Shown here: piece by piece, positions 24,142-37,764 of the stretch
Layout: each line of letters begins with the position of its first letter
How positions within the stretch are numbered: the first letter of the stretch is position 1
DNA from: Chiloscyllium plagiosum
Lineage: Eukaryota
NCBI RefSeq assembly: GCF_004010195.1
Contig: NC_057747.1
Span: 17,419,454 to 17,483,453 of the forward strand
Direction of reading: 5' to 3'
DNA: 64,000 nt
Notes under the pieces: model-generated
Database searches by the model: none
What the model was told of the DNA's origin: nothing
What the model saw: the letters and a program-made list of their open reading frames with translations, nothing else
Translations under genes and position numbers: made by a program

Positions 24142-26187
24142 TAAGAAGTATCAATTCTGCTTCGTAATCCACAGAAAGATGCAGAAACCTAGTGTCATAT
24201 AATGTCAAAATTAGCAAAATAAAAAAAAATACTTTTTCCCAACACACTATATAATATGTTGCGTGTCATCACTATCTGTTCCTCAGAGATTCTGGTAACG
24301 TCTAGTTCCTGGTGCACTTTATTTTATAGATGTGAATCCTTCCAATTACCCCATGCTAAGGTATGCATGAATATATATTCACTCCCTGGCACAACCTGCA
24401 GTGCATTGTTGTTTGGTTGTATTCCATTTTAAGTAGAAGGTGAGGGAATGGTTTCATTTCAAGTTTTTAAGATATTAAAAGGAGTTGGGTAAAATAAATG
24501 AGGCATTTTTCTTGCTGGTTGGAGTGTTGAGGGAAAGGGTTTGTAGTCTAAAGTTTTGAGTCTGCTTTTAAGAGAACTTCTAATTCAGAAAATTTCAAAA
24601 TCCAAAGGGCAGTAGAAATTTGGAACTCTGCATAATTATTGATGGCTCAGTTACTAATTTTAAATCTGATTTCGATAGATTATTGTTAACCAAAGGTATG
24701 AAGGGATACGGAGCAAAGATGGCTATGTGGAGTTGGGTCACAGGTGATCCATAATCTCACTGAATGCCAGAACAAGCTCAAGGGTGAAATGAAGTCCATC
24801 TATTCCAATGTTCATGTGTTCCCCAATAATATTGGAAAAAAGGGCTTGGACTATATGAAGTTTCATTTTCAGTTTCAAAGTTTAAGGTAGTGTTTGAATA
24901 CTAGAACATAGGGGCTGCTCTCATTTGAGAGAAGCAACTGGTGGTGATTTAACCTGAGGGCCAACAGACCTCAGGCGAGGGAAGAGGTTGAGAAGGAAAG
25001 TCCTATGGTAAGACTTCAAAGTAGAGAACTTTCTGTACAGTGACACTACATGTAGCATGGTTTCCTTTAGTTGGATATGCTGCTGATAAATAGCTCAATT
25101 GATGTTTTGGCCAAACTTGCATAGCTCTGCACAAAGTGGTCTGAAGATCAGATTTGCCATTTTTCACATTGTAATAAACAAGCTAAACATTTCAATCAAG
25201 AAAATCACTCCTTTCAGATACTACTGGGATTCTAACATTTATTGTACTGATGATATGTGTAAGTTGGCTGAGTGGCAAATGTTCAGATGTTCTGAGCCAA
25301 TTACAAAATGCACCTTCAAAGTAATTTCTTTCATCAAAGCAACAGAACAGAGCAAAAGAAAGCAGCAAGTATTGCTGTAAAACATTCACACACCAAATTG
25401 TTATATAACAACATAAATAAAATGCACAACTGTTAGCCATCGGAAGTACAACAGTAATGTTAAAACTGTTGCTACCCATTCTGTTACATAAAGCTTTTCT
25501 TAGGCAAGGTGTACAGACAAGGACACTGAAACAATATCATAGTTTGATGCAGAAACAGGATAACGAAAGAACCTATCTACTGTTTGAAAGATATATTGGA
25601 TGGAATTTCTTCCTTACAGAATGTAAACAGACATTCAGATGAGCCAAGCAATGAAGTGGAGGGGTTAATATATCCAGGGAAGCAAGAGCTTAGAGATTGA
25701 ACTTTCAATGCTGGGTTCAAACCAAATCTTGATTTATGGTTTGATAGCGTGCTTTGCTGAGTGTAATGTTCACAATATGGTCTGGATCAATTTAACATAT
25801 AGATATTTGGAAATGTTACTCAGGAGGTCAAGGATGGTTGGTTAGGAGATTGGAAAAAGATCCAAGGTTGAGGCACGGTGTAGGAGTCAGCTGGAAGGAA
25901 ATTCATTCAGCTTCGGGCTTTGCTGTGCTGTATTTGACTGGAAATGTGTGATATTGACACTGACACCCCAAGGCAGGAAGTCTTTAATTTCTGGAAGGTG
26001 ATATTCTTGTTGATCTTAAATTAACAATCAAAAATACAGACACTGTTGGGTATGAGATTTATAGCTGCACATGGCGAAAGAGGTCATAATACTAACTAGT
26101 TCTCCATTCCTAAAATTTCTTCAAAACTGTATTGCCTTCACAAAGAATCCAAGGATCATGGTTTATTGTTGCCTTATTGTTGCTCAC

Positions 26188-26490
26188 GGGGCAGCATGGT
26201 GGCTCAGTGGTTAGCATTGCTGCCTCACTGTGCAGGGACCTGTGTTTGATTCCCACCTTGAGCGACTGTCTGTGTGGAGTTTGCACATCCTCCCCGTGTC
26301 TGCATGGGTTTCCTTCAGGTGCTCTGGTTTCCTCCCACAGTCCAAAGATGTGCAGGTTAGGTGGATTAGCCATGCTAAATTGCCCATAGTGTTAAGTGCA
26401 CTAGTCAGAGGGAAATGGTTACTCTTCGGGGGGTCAGTGTGGACTTGTTGGGCTGGAGGGCCTGTTTCTATACTGTAGGGAATCTAAACT
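26188..26490 (+). mobile_element. HE1-type V-SINE just 3' of the LRIT1 stop
   Basis: Head GGGGCAGCATGGTGGCTCAGTGGTTAGC, V-domain and tail. Confidence 0.88.
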
Positions 26491-26645
26491 TTCTGTACAT
26501 GTATTAGTCATGTTGAAATTCTGGAATATGGGGCTTAGATTTGATTAGCCTTTTGGCAGGGGAAATAGTGAGAAGTTAGTTTATTTGCTAATGGTATGTC
26601 CATTCAGATGAACAAGTTTGATTGATCCAAATGCATATGAGTCGA

Positions 26646-27718
26646 TCAGCAGAAATATTCATGCTGTTGTACTTCACTGTTTGTTGCTTCTTCAGAATCT
26701 AAACTGGATCTTGGTGAGAGAAGTCGATTAGACTCATCTTTATTGTGGCGAGTCTGATATTCTCCTTCAGCACCGCTGGGTTTGGGCCCTGTTGACAGAC
26801 TCTCAAACGTGACGTATGAGTCATTTTGGAAACCCTCTTCTGGTGGCTTAATCAGAAACTTTCTGCAGCGCCTCTTCAGTGCTCCACAGCAGACAATGAG
26901 AGTGAGAGGGACCACAATAACACAGGCCACAGTGATCACCACCAGGTTAATTAGTTTCTGTGTCCCACTTGCATTAGCTACTTCATCTGTGGAGAAAATT
27001 ACGCACTGTTCCTTCTTGGGAATGAGGCCTTTGAGACAAATGCAAACAATATACTTGGTCTGTGGCATTAAACCACCAATGGTGATTTTGGTCTTTCCAG
27101 GACTCACATTTATTCTTCGCATTTCCCTTTCACCGAAAGTAGTGTATAGAATGCTAAAGATTGTGATATTTGTAGCCTTTGGAGATCTCCAAGCCAGGGA
27201 AACACTATGATAGGTACCCCCTATAACTCTAACAGTTCTGACCAGACAGTCTGCTTCTGGCTGAGTTGAAGAAGGACTAGATGTAATATTGTCAGAAAAA
27301 TCATCAGCACTTCTTCGCTTTTCCAATAAGCCACTAACTTGTGGAGGATCCATAACCTGTGAAAAAATTTCTGATGCATCTTCATTTGGTTTAACCTGGT
27401 GGTTAGGCATGAGGAAGTAATCTGTCCCATTTATACCATGAAAGATCCCTGATGACTCCCTTGGTGATACTGTGGTGGTCAGTGCAGTCACATACTTGGC
27501 CATGAGCTTCCTCATTTTTCTGAAGCATGTTCTTTTGGGTGTGGTTTTGATTGGTGCTAATGCAATGGCAGAGTTCACCACAAGAAGGGAAATCGAAGCA
27601 TTTGATGTACCCACCAAATTACTGGCTCTGCACAAATATATTCCAGAATCCTGATGGGATGTAGTTGATAGACTGAGTGCAGACCACTTCAATCTCTCAT
27701 GAGAATTGTCCTGTATTA
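26646..27718 (-). CDS. LRIT1: LRIT1 exon 4 (end of Ig, linker, FN3, TM, tail ending EYFC)
   Basis: DSGIYLCRASNLVG, FN3 PQTKYIVCICLKGL, TM KLINLVVITVACVIVVPLTLIVCC, and a C-terminus RLLSPRSSLD...EYFC diagnostic of LRIT1. Acceptor tgtgttttacag at 27719-27720. Confidence 0.94.
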
Positions 27719-28004
27719 CTGTAAAACACAACATTTGCAGCATTTTATATTTGAGTTGGAAGTTACAAGAATATGTGCTTTTTCTGGATTAAAAATGAAA
27801 TACATTTAAATGTGCCTGCTGTTGTTCCTCATCAACTAGTGTTGTCTATAGAAATTGCTGGCAAATATTGGAACTCTCCATTACAGGTGCAAAATAATCT
27901 TGATAAAAGAGAGAAAAGACTTTCATGTCATAATGGGTTCTTCTGACTTGAAGGTTAAAATTTGCAATTAACAATTGTACTTAAACATCACAAATTTTCA
28001 AGAT

Positions 28005-29280
28005 GAATCACAGGAATTATTACAGTGCAGAAGAAAAAAATCATTCAGCCTATCTTGTCTGTGCGAGCTCTCTGAATGAACAATTCATTTAGTGCCATTC
28101 TCCTGCATTCTCCCAGTGAGCCTGCACATTGTTTCTTTTCACAATAACTATCTAATTCCCTTTTGAATATCTCCACACTCTCAAGCAGTACATTCCATAC
28201 CTTAACCACTCACAGCATGAAAAATATTTTTGTTGTAGTGAGAGGGGAAAGATATAAAAGAGACCAAAGGGGCAGCTTTTTCATGCAGAGGGTGGTATGT
28301 GTATGGAATGAGCTGCCAGAGGAAGTGGTGGAGGCTGGTACAATTGCAACATTTAAAAGGCATTTGGATGGGTATATGAATAAGAAGGGTTTGGAGGGAT
28401 ATAGGCTGGGTGCTGGCAGGTGGGACAAGATTGGGTTGGGATATCTGGTTGGGTTGGACCGAAGGGTCTGTTTCCATGCTGTACATCTCTATGACTCTAT
28501 ATCATTTTTGTTATTTTTCACTAATTACTTTAAATCTGTTGCCACTCATCCTTGATCCTTTCATGAATGGGAACAATTTCCTTCTATTTACTCTATCTTG
28601 ATCTTGAATACTTGAAAGAGATCACTTAGCTTCTCTTCCCTGAGCTAAACAGTCCCAATTTCTCCAACATACCTTCATAATTGCCCTCATCTCTGTAACC
28701 ATTCTGGTAAACTTCTGTACACTCATCCATGCCTCCCCTTATTTTTTGAAAGTGCAGTGCCCAGAACTGGGTGCAATATTCCAGCAGAAGCTGAAGGAGT
28801 GACTTACATAACTTCAATATAACTTCCTTGCTCTTATACACTGTGTCCCCATTAATAGAGTTTCATATACAGTATGTTCTATTAACTCAACCTCTCCTGC
28901 CACCTTTATGATTTGTGCACATTTACACCGAGGACCTTCCAACCTTACATTTCCTTTAGAGTTATTTATTTTATTTTATATTGTCTCTCCATGTTCTTCT
29001 ATACAAAGCTATCACCTCACATTCTCTGCATTGATCTTTATCTGCTGCATAACCACCCTGTACCTGTGTATGTTCATCTGAATTTCTACATGATCCCCTT
29101 CATGGTTGACAATGCTGCCAAGTTCCATATCATTTGTAATTTTGAAATTGTACTATATATTTAAGAAGTTAATATTTAGCAGAAAATGCAAGACTCTCAA
29201 CACTGACCTTGGGGACTTCCACTACAAACCTTCCCAGACCAATATTCTGTTTCCTGTCAGTCAGCCAATACAATAGCTTA
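28005..29280 (-). mobile_element. Old CR1 (minus) with a nested young CR1 tail (plus, 28238-28500) in LRIT1 intron 3
   Basis: YKSKEVILKLCKSLLQLLLEYCTQFW on minus; WNELPEEVVEAGTIATFKRHLD on plus. Confidence 0.8.
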
Positions 29281-30268
29281 AATCAACCACCGAAGTGCAC
29301 GTTAAAATAGGAATTTTTTAATGAATTTTGGGTGCCGCAGACTGGACCAGGGTTTATTGCTTGTCCCTGGTTACTTTGAGAAGGTAATGGTGAGTTCTTG
29401 AACTGTGGTCTTAAAAAGATATGTCAGAAGGCAGCTTCAAATTAAAAGACACATGTGTTTCACATTAACGTACATTGCTTTACACAGTAGAATTTCAAGG
29501 CTTTGATCAACTGCCACAGCTTGCATATTTCACAAACATTTACAGGTAAATTATAGCAGGCAATCTAATGGTAAGACTTTGTTCGGGAGCGAATTAAGGG
29601 TTATGGAACCCAGATAGGTAAATGGAGTTAAGATACAAATCAATCATGACATAACTGGATGGCAGAACATGCTTATGAGGATAAATGTCCTATTCCTGTT
29701 CCTATGCCCCAATGAGAAATTACAATCCTTAATTCTATTTAGCTGGGTTAATCTAAGTTTAAGAAACATCAAAGTTTAATGTAAAGGCAAAGCTTATCGG
29801 AAACAGAACATTTGCCTCTGCAGCAGTGTGAAGTAAACTTTTAAAGTCATACAATATTTATGGACATATAGAACACATGGATTATGCAATATAAGATGGT
29901 CAACTAGGTGTAATTGTAAGACAATATTTTATTGGAAGGATCCAACGTTAAATTATGAGAGCAAACCTAAAAGTTTTAAATTGTTATCTAAAAATAGATC
30001 ATTCCCTTCTGGTTGCAGTAACATGCCCAAATATTTTGTAAAAATCTATTCTTGATTGATAATCTTTCAACATGTGTACTGGCTATAATCAATGTGCTAA
30101 TCTCTTCAGTGAAGGCTGACTGAAAAATGTAATCACAGTATTTATTGAGATTAGTATAAGTAAGTAACAGTTGGGTATATATTGGAGCTTAATGCTTCCT
30201 TAGTATCAGAGTTTAGTTTTTTTAACTAAAAACAGTTAAAAAATGGCTTTATTTGACCAGAGACCTAC

Positions 30269-30574
30269 CTGTATCATTCAACAGGATATTATCCAATCTA
30301 AGCCAACTAATGTCTGGAATGGGAACCCCTGTAGCGACACAATATAGTGAGACAATTCTTCCCATGACTGTGGTCACTTTACTTTCCACGGCATGAATTG
30401 TTGGACTCTGGCACTTTTTTAGGTCAATGCTGCTGAGTTGGGATTCAGAGAGGTTTTCTGGCCATGTGCACTTTAATCCAGGGTCCATCAAAGCTGTAGT
30501 TAAACCATTCCTCTTGACCAAATGAACTAGTTCTGATAATCTGCAGTCACATTTCCAAGGGTTGCCATGTAGTC
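30269..30574 (-). CDS. LRIT1: LRIT1 exon 3 (LRRCT + first half of Ig)
   Basis: GLHGNPWKCDCRL...CVATGVPIPDISW. Acceptor ttcctttcaatag, donor G|gtaggt; 306 nt, phase 1/1. Confidence 0.93.
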
Positions 30575-31074
30575 CTATTGAAAGGAACAAGTGTACATTT
30601 CGTTCAGAGGAAAGGATTGCAAAACATGTGGATCTGCACTGTTGGATATAAATTCTTTCATTTTAGTATATTAAAATTTTAAATATTTTAGATACACATT
30701 TTTAAATTATTGATCCTGCCTGCACAGCAAGGCTTTCAGCTCTTCTGAAGTTTTGATGTGAGTTGTTATCTCACAGTTTCTGATAGTCCAAGGGACCAAT
30801 CAGTCATCATGCAGTGTGCCTCAGTAAAGTATTACACTCTGGAGGGTAATGCAGCCAACTACTGTGATATCCTCACCTTGTGTCTTTTCCAGGGCACTGA
30901 TGAGGAGCAGAAAACCAAGTTGATATTTACTCTGGCAGGAAACGCCATCTCAGTTGTACTGTTCTCATTGCCACATTACTTCAGAATAGCAAACTCATCA
31001 CGTGAAAAACATTAAAGTTCATATTTGATTGAATATTCTACCCTCCCAACAAGTAACATAACAGAACAAAAAAA

Positions 31075-31950
31075 AAGGTGGAAAGGCAGGTTACGAAAGG
31101 GGTACAGACAATTTACAGAGATATTGAAAGTTTAAGTTAAGTGGGCAAAATGTTGGCAAATGAAGTACAATGTGGGAAAATGCAAAATTGTTCATTGAGA
31201 ACAAAAGCACAGAATATTATTTAAATGAGAAAAACTGTAGAAAGTTGCAACACAAAGGGTTTTGGGTATATGAAACACAGAAAGCTAGCACACAGGCACA
31301 GCAGATAATCAGGAAAACTAATGGAATGTTGGCCCTTATTTCAATAGGGTTGGGTGTAAAGAGTAGGGAAATTTTACTGCAACTGTACAAGGTGCTGATG
31401 AGACCACATCTGGAGAACTGTGAGCAATTTTAGTCCCCTCTATTTAAAAAAAGATATAATTTCATTGGAGGCAGTTCAGTGAAAGTTCACTCAGATGATC
31501 CCTGTTCTGGAATAAAGATTAAACAGATTGGGATTCTACTTTCTGGAATTTAGAAGAATGAGAGGTGATTTCATTGAAACATAGGATTATTGCGATGCTT
31601 GACAGGGTAAATGTTTAGAGGATGTTTCCCCTTACGGGAGAGCCTAGAATCAGAGGGTTTAGTTTCAGAATTAAGGGGCATCAATTCAAGACTTAGGTGT
31701 GGAGGAATTTCTTCACTCAGAAGGTTTTGAGTCTTTTGAATCTTTGCTACAGATATCTGTTGGGCATTGTCCTTTTGTATATTTATAAGGCTGAGATAAA
31801 TAGATGCTTGATTAGTAGGGGAATCAAATGTTTTGGTGAAAGGGAAGGAAAGTTGATGTGAGGACTGGTGGATCAGCCATGCTCCCGTTGAATAGTGGAG
31901 CAGATTCAAGGAGTCAAATGACCTACTCTTGTTTGTATATCTTATTGCCT
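31075..31950 (+). mobile_element. CR1 3' fragment in LRIT1 intron 2
   Basis: KSREILLQLYKVLMRPHLENCEQF. Confidence 0.85.
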
Positions 31951-33013
31951 TTGCAAAGTTGTGTAACACCCAATCTTAAGGTGGTTATGAGAAATATTAA
32001 AATGGTCCCTACATTCATTTGATCATAATTGTTACGAAAAAATTAATAAGTGATGTAACTAAAATTTTACATGAATGTATACAATCTATTGTTTGTAGTC
32101 ACATTGTCTTTAGTTGCTAATTTTATGACATTAATTTGTTTATTTGTAAATTTAAGTGCAATAACAGCAAACATTGACATTTGCCAAGGAGAAGTGTGGG
32201 ACTTTAACTGACCTTATATCTATATTCCCTCTTTGATTGAAGTCAGGTACATGAAAAATAAAGTATTATAAATAAGCATATGCTGAGGAATTATATTAAA
32301 TCAATTGGACTCCTAATTTATGTTGTGGTAAATCTGAACATATTGGGTATACTGTACAGGAAAACATACAATATTGCAGGTTTTTATGTATTGGCAATTG
32401 AATACAGTCCTAATAGTTTCTTCAGTGTGTTCTGAATCATGATGACGAAAAGGCAAGTGGGGTATATAATTACCACAGTGTTGCCTATTATTTTGCATTA
32501 TAGAGGTGTTTGTCCTTGTTGTTGAGTTATGAGCACCATATCAGGTGTGATGATTAAGAGTTGTTTCAGCGTCACTTTATACAAACAGAAGGATAACCTC
32601 AAATTCAAAATACATTGCACCAGCAATCAGTTAAAACTCATAGTCAACAAAACTCATAACTTGAGGTAAAAGAAAATTAACATATATATAGAAGTAAACT
32701 TAATGATTTGAGCCAGTCAAATGATTCAAAATAAAGAAGTTGAGGTAAGAGTATAGCAGAGAGACACTTGCCATAGTGAAAAGCAAATGCATAACAGAGG
32801 AATATTACATTTCTGTTGTTACATGTGACACTGCAGCTTTCTCTAAAATTGCTTGCTTAAGAAACTAATCACCAATCAAAATGTATTATTTTAATGGAGA
32901 ATTATGTCAATAAATTAGCTAAAGATCTACCTTTTATGAGAATGAAACATTATTGATGGGTTTTTACAAATGAGTCTACTGCACAGCAGAGATAGGGCAT
33001 TCTTTGTGCTTAC

Positions 33014-33486
33014 CTATGATGCGTTTTGAATTGTCGGTTGATGAAGTTGCACGGCACACCTTTGGAGCAGTCAGCCAGATGGAAATCACTTTGATTGACA
33101 AGGTAGTCAGCTGGTTTCCTGATAAATCCAGGTAGATGATATTTCTTAAATAAGTGGCTGCTTGGCTCGGGAATGATTGAAGAACATTGTCATGTAAGTC
33201 AAGGAGCCAGAGTTGTGGCAAATAAGAAAGGGCTTCCCATGGAAAAGTTGCAAGTGCATTTCTATCCAGACGAAGTTCCTTCAGACCGATTACACTCTGC
33301 AGACTCTGTCTGTCAAAGCTGCTGATGGAGTTACTGGACAGCCAAATGTACTCCAGACTGGAGGTAGAAGAGAAAGCTTGGGTGGGAATTTGTTTAATTA
33401 ATGTTTTCTCAATCACTAGTTTTACAGTTTCAGCTGGAATATTGTTTGGAAACAGAGTCATTTCAGGGTCATTACAAAGCACAGTC
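33014..33486 (-). CDS. LRIT1: LRIT1 exon 2 (LRRs)
   Basis: TVLCNDPEM...LKELRLDRNALATFPWEAL...LDLSGNQL. Acceptor ctttactttcag, donor G|gtaagc; 473 nt, phases 2/1. Confidence 0.93.
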
Positions 33487-34166
33487 CTGAAAGTAAAGAG
33501 AATCTCTTGTTAGTTTAATTATTCATTACATGTGACAACTAAACAAACTTTTTAGTTGCAGAGAACACAGCATGGTAATTTTTTTTGCTTGTTTGTGATC
33601 CAGTTTTCTCCCATCTTTGCTTGAAAGCTGCTGTGACACTGAGTGTTATCAATTCTCCTGTAATATGTCTGAGTAATGTGGACCGAGGCAGTGTGGAGCA
33701 GCCAGTTGATCTACCATGAAAAGTGAGGGCTATGAGAGCAAAGACAAGTCCTCATCATACCAATAGTTTTTCCATCCCTGAAGTGAAGGAGAAGATTTAG
33801 CTCTCCCTATTCCTGGATACCAATTGTGTTGTCCTCATTTCAGTCTTAGCTGAATTCTGGCATTGGGCTTGCTTGGCCTCTAGCTTCACTACCAACTGAA
33901 GGAAATTTGGTCCAAAAAGCTTCACTTGTTTGCAAGTAGCTCTCTGCTGCTCAGAACCAGGTTTAGACAGATATTCTCTTACACTGAGCATTAATGAGGC
34001 ATGAATAATAGGAAATGTAATATAGGATATACATCCATCAATTAGGAATGGTTGTACTAATCTTGATTTAACTTCAGCTGAAAAATGCCAGAAACAGCAA
34101 AGACAAGTCAGGAGTGGTGCTCAAAGAAGTTCTTACCACATTCCATTTGAGTTATGGCAGCCAATT

Positions 34167-34495
34167 GGGTGGCATGGTGGCTCAGTGGTTAGCACTGCTG
34201 TCTCATAGTACCAGGGAGCTGGGTTCAATTCCAGCCTCAGGTGACTGTCTGTGTGGAGTTTTTATGTTCTCCCTGTGTCTGTGTGGATTTCCTCTGGGAG
34301 CTCTGTTTCCTCCCACAGTCCAAAGATGTGCAGGTTAGGGTGATTTGATCATGCTAAATTGCCCATGGTGTTCAGGGAAATGTAGGTTAGGTGCACTAGT
34401 TAGGGGAATGGGTCTGGGTAGGATGTTCTTCAGAGGGTCAGTGTGGATATTTTGGGCTGAACGGCCTGTTTCCATACTGTAAGGATTCTAATCTA
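34167..34495 (+). mobile_element. HE1-type V-SINE in LRIT1 intron 1
   Basis: tRNA head, V-domain and ATTCTAATCT tail. Confidence 0.88.
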
Positions 34496-35183
34496 GCTCA
34501 ATTTTCTTTACCTTCTCTTAAATTTTATTATTTATTATCAAACGCAATATGTATTTGTCAGTAATATGCACTTTGGAGAAGTAATTTAAATGTAAGTGCC
34601 TCAATGAAAGTATGATGGAGCTTCACATTTAATCTGTAGAAATGGAAATGTCTTGACTAATTAAGACTTAATTCACTAGGTCGACAGCTCAGAAGAAATT
34701 ACCTCAGAGCTGACATCAATCAAAGAAATTCATAATAGTTTCCTGAATTAAACATGATTTCAATATTTATAATTTTCTTTTAGTATAGACAATGCAGATA
34801 AGGAGTAAAAATTGTATTGTAGAATAAAATACAATGTCAAATATTAAATATTGAGGAAATTGAAATACAGCAAAGTTATCCTCAGTGCTTTTTTGAGCAT
34901 TGTAAAATGTTTCCAAAAATATGCAATGATATTCTACAATTTACCTCAGTACAAAGTATACATATATAAATTGATATTATGGCAGATACTGCTAGAAATC
35001 TATTAGAAAAGCACAACTAAAATTAATCTCTTCGGAAGTAAATATGTTGAACATTAGAAATGATAAATTAAGTGCATGGAATTTTGGGAAAGGACAATTT
35101 CAATTGTACAACTATGCAGTTTCAGTTATAAAATAATTAGATATCTCTCCCAATTTAAACCCAAAGTTGAAATGCTGAGATAC

Positions 35184-35305
35184 CTTGTCATGTGTTCACC
35201 ACTGTAATTCTGGAAAGTGCAAATGCATTGAGAAGGGCACGAGCAGAAAGTCACAGACAGATCGCCAAAACACAAAAAGCAAAGCATCCAAATGTTGAGT
35301 GACAT
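35184..35305 (-). CDS. LRIT1: LRIT1 exon 1 (signal peptide + LRRNT; MSLNIWMLCFLCFGDLSVTFCSCPSQCICTFQNYSGEHMTR)
   Basis: Not in the ORF track. CPSQCxC motif as in LRIT1, donor AG|gtatct, 122 nt phase 2. Joined CDS 1974 nt = 657 aa + stop. Confidence 0.91.
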
Positions 35306-35399
35306 TTTCTCTGCTCCTCATAGCACTGGTGATCTGAAGACTGTGCTGCTTAACACAGCTCCAGCAACATCTCTCTGTCTTTGTGGCTCACAATCCAAA

Positions 35400-35610
35400 G
35401 TCCTCAGCTGCTGCAGTGAATCCTGAGATAAAAAAAGGATAGAAAAGGATTAAGAAGGGCTTTCTGCTGTCATGAGATTGGTATATAGTCTGGGCACCAT
35501 CGGGAGATATTGTACTGAGAGAGCTAACATGCAAGGATGTGAATTATCCTGGCATTGTTTTATTCTCTTTAAATGCATGTGTATTTGTTTGCATGGAGAT
35601 TAATTGGATA
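35400..35610 (-). promoter_or_regulatory. LRIT1 proximal promoter region with CRX/OTX2-type sites and an E-box
   Basis: GGATTA (TAATCC on minus) at 35447-35452, AGATTA at 35597-35602 and CAGCTG at 35405-35410, upstream of the ATG. Function is inferred. Confidence 0.45.
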
Positions 35611-35974
35611 GTATCATTCAATATGATACCACTGCAGAAGGGTAGGAATAAACTGAATGGTCTACTTAGATGAAGTAGAACCGTTCCTTAATGTTGATGG
35701 ACCAATGGTTTACTTCTGTTTTATATCATTCTATGCTTCTGAAATAAAAATCATGTTGTATTAATTATTTAATTGCTAAATGGAACAAGCCGTAAAAGTT
35801 TGATGAAACCAAAGGTAAATGCTATAGGCAGTATAGCTGGCATTCCTTCCAATCCACATCTATTCAAAAAAGCGACATGCATGTTCAGTTCAAGACTGAC
35901 ACGATGCTCAAGGTATGTTTGAGGTTAAACCTAACGGAATCTGAGCAAGTTGATTAAAAATAACTGAAACTGCT

Positions 35975-36095
35975 GGAGAGGACTCTTGTGGTACAGCAGT
36001 AGCGTCCCTACCTCTAAACCAGGAGGCTTGGATTCAAGTCTCGCCTGCTCCAGGGAATGTGTCATGATACCTTTGATACAGGTTGATTAAAAATA
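35975..36095 (+). mobile_element. Short tRNA-derived SINE-like element flanked by a 22-bp direct repeat
   Basis: A-box-like TGGTACAGCAG, B-box-like GGATTCAAGTC; GTTGATTAAAAATA(A/C)CTGAAAC at 35949-35970 and 36082-36103. Confidence 0.5.
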
Positions 36096-37764
36096 CCTGA
36101 AACCTGATGGAGGAAAAGATCTCTGGTGAATGAGCAAGTGGGATGTAATTTAAAAGGTAAGTGCATTAGGCCTTCTAAAAATGTTTTTCTGTACTGTTAC
36201 TGTGTTCCCATCTGGGCTGCTAGACTTTTATGAGCTGGAGTGACAGGTATTATTTTGCCACAACCCCCAAAGGGAACAAAGGCTAGACAATGTATGCTGG
36301 TCTGACCAGAAACAATGACATCCTCTGAACTAATAAAGGAAGTAAACAAATCTTTATTTGGGAAGTGTTTGCCACAAGGAAACTTTCAAAGTGATGTCCA
36401 GTGGAAAAGTAGACAAGTGATAATGTACCACATCATTCAGGCTTCTTGATGAGTACTGTGTGATCTTCTGTATGCACCTACAGCCCACAGCCGTAAAGCC
36501 ACAGGAAGCTCATCTTGGCCGACATTGGGAAATGGAGCCTCCTCTTCTGAGTGATGTCTGCATCACTGGCACTTTGAATGACAATATAATGCAATGTGAC
36601 TCTCTGCCTCATCATTCTGCCTATAGGCTCTTCAGTAAGTATATAATCTCAGCATGGTATTGTATGAAAAGTGGCATGCCAAAATGATCAGGAATATATG
36701 TGGCCTGTTTGCCCACACCTACCAATGTTCCATAAAGCATTTCTATGGGCCATGTGAAAGCCTAAGACGTGATAACCTCCCTGCCCAGCATCTGTATGTT
36801 TATATGTTTATATCCCTCAATCTTTCTAATTCTCTACATGTGTTGGCATATTTCCACTGTGTGTAGATTTTATTTCTTTATTTTTCTCTCATACTTCTCT
36901 GCATTGCAATGCATCTTGCAATGTCTCTTTAAAATCTTTCAGAGTGCTTTTTTGCCAAATTGTTGGATTTTGTATCAAGCAGCAACTATTAATGTTGAGC
37001 TCCTAGTGACTGCTAATCATCATCTGTTTAAATATCCTAGTTCTGGCTCTTTATAAATCACAGTTTACATTTTGTTTGGTTCACTTCATATAAATTATCT
37101 ACTTTCACCATTTTATCACAACTACTAAAACAAGTAAATGGAACTGCATATTGTTCAATCAAATTGTTTTGATCTCTCAACTAGCCTCAAAACAAGTCTT
37201 ATTCCAACTTAGATTGTTATCTCTCATTTTGTGCTTGGTCTCCATTTATTTTACTCTGGTGATTATAGCATGATTAGTGCATTACAGCATGCAGCAATAG
37301 CCTATCTCTTCCATTACTTGATTGTGAGTGTGGCTGCTATAAAGCACGTTAAGGGACTGCATCAGTTTTGTAAATATGGCACAGATTCTTGTCGCAAATG
37401 GCAACTCTAATAATGATTTTCTTAATCTGACCCAATGCTTAATCAGATTTGAAAACCCAACCAAGTGATGATTCACAACGCTCAACATCTGTTATTTTGC
37501 AATTTATTGAAAGCATACTTACTTTAATAAAATCTGATGTCTCTGAGATATAGTGCAGAGATGGATTATCTTATTCACATGATATGATTGTATGAACATC
37601 CCCAGAGTTTAATTGAATATTTTTGTCATTTGGCTCATGCAAATACATCTTACGTGAGTTCAGACCAATGGCCCCTTAATAATCCAATCTTTGTTTGGCT
37701 AATGGCAGCATAGCTAAGCTCTTAAAACCAAATTAGCTGTCAATTATTTTTGGGTGATTTTTCT

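Noticed and set aside
30895-30925. Isolated CTGATGA motifs (also near 748, 40543, 47493, 50856) as hammerheads
   Set aside because: No stem II followed by GAAA and no pairing stem I.
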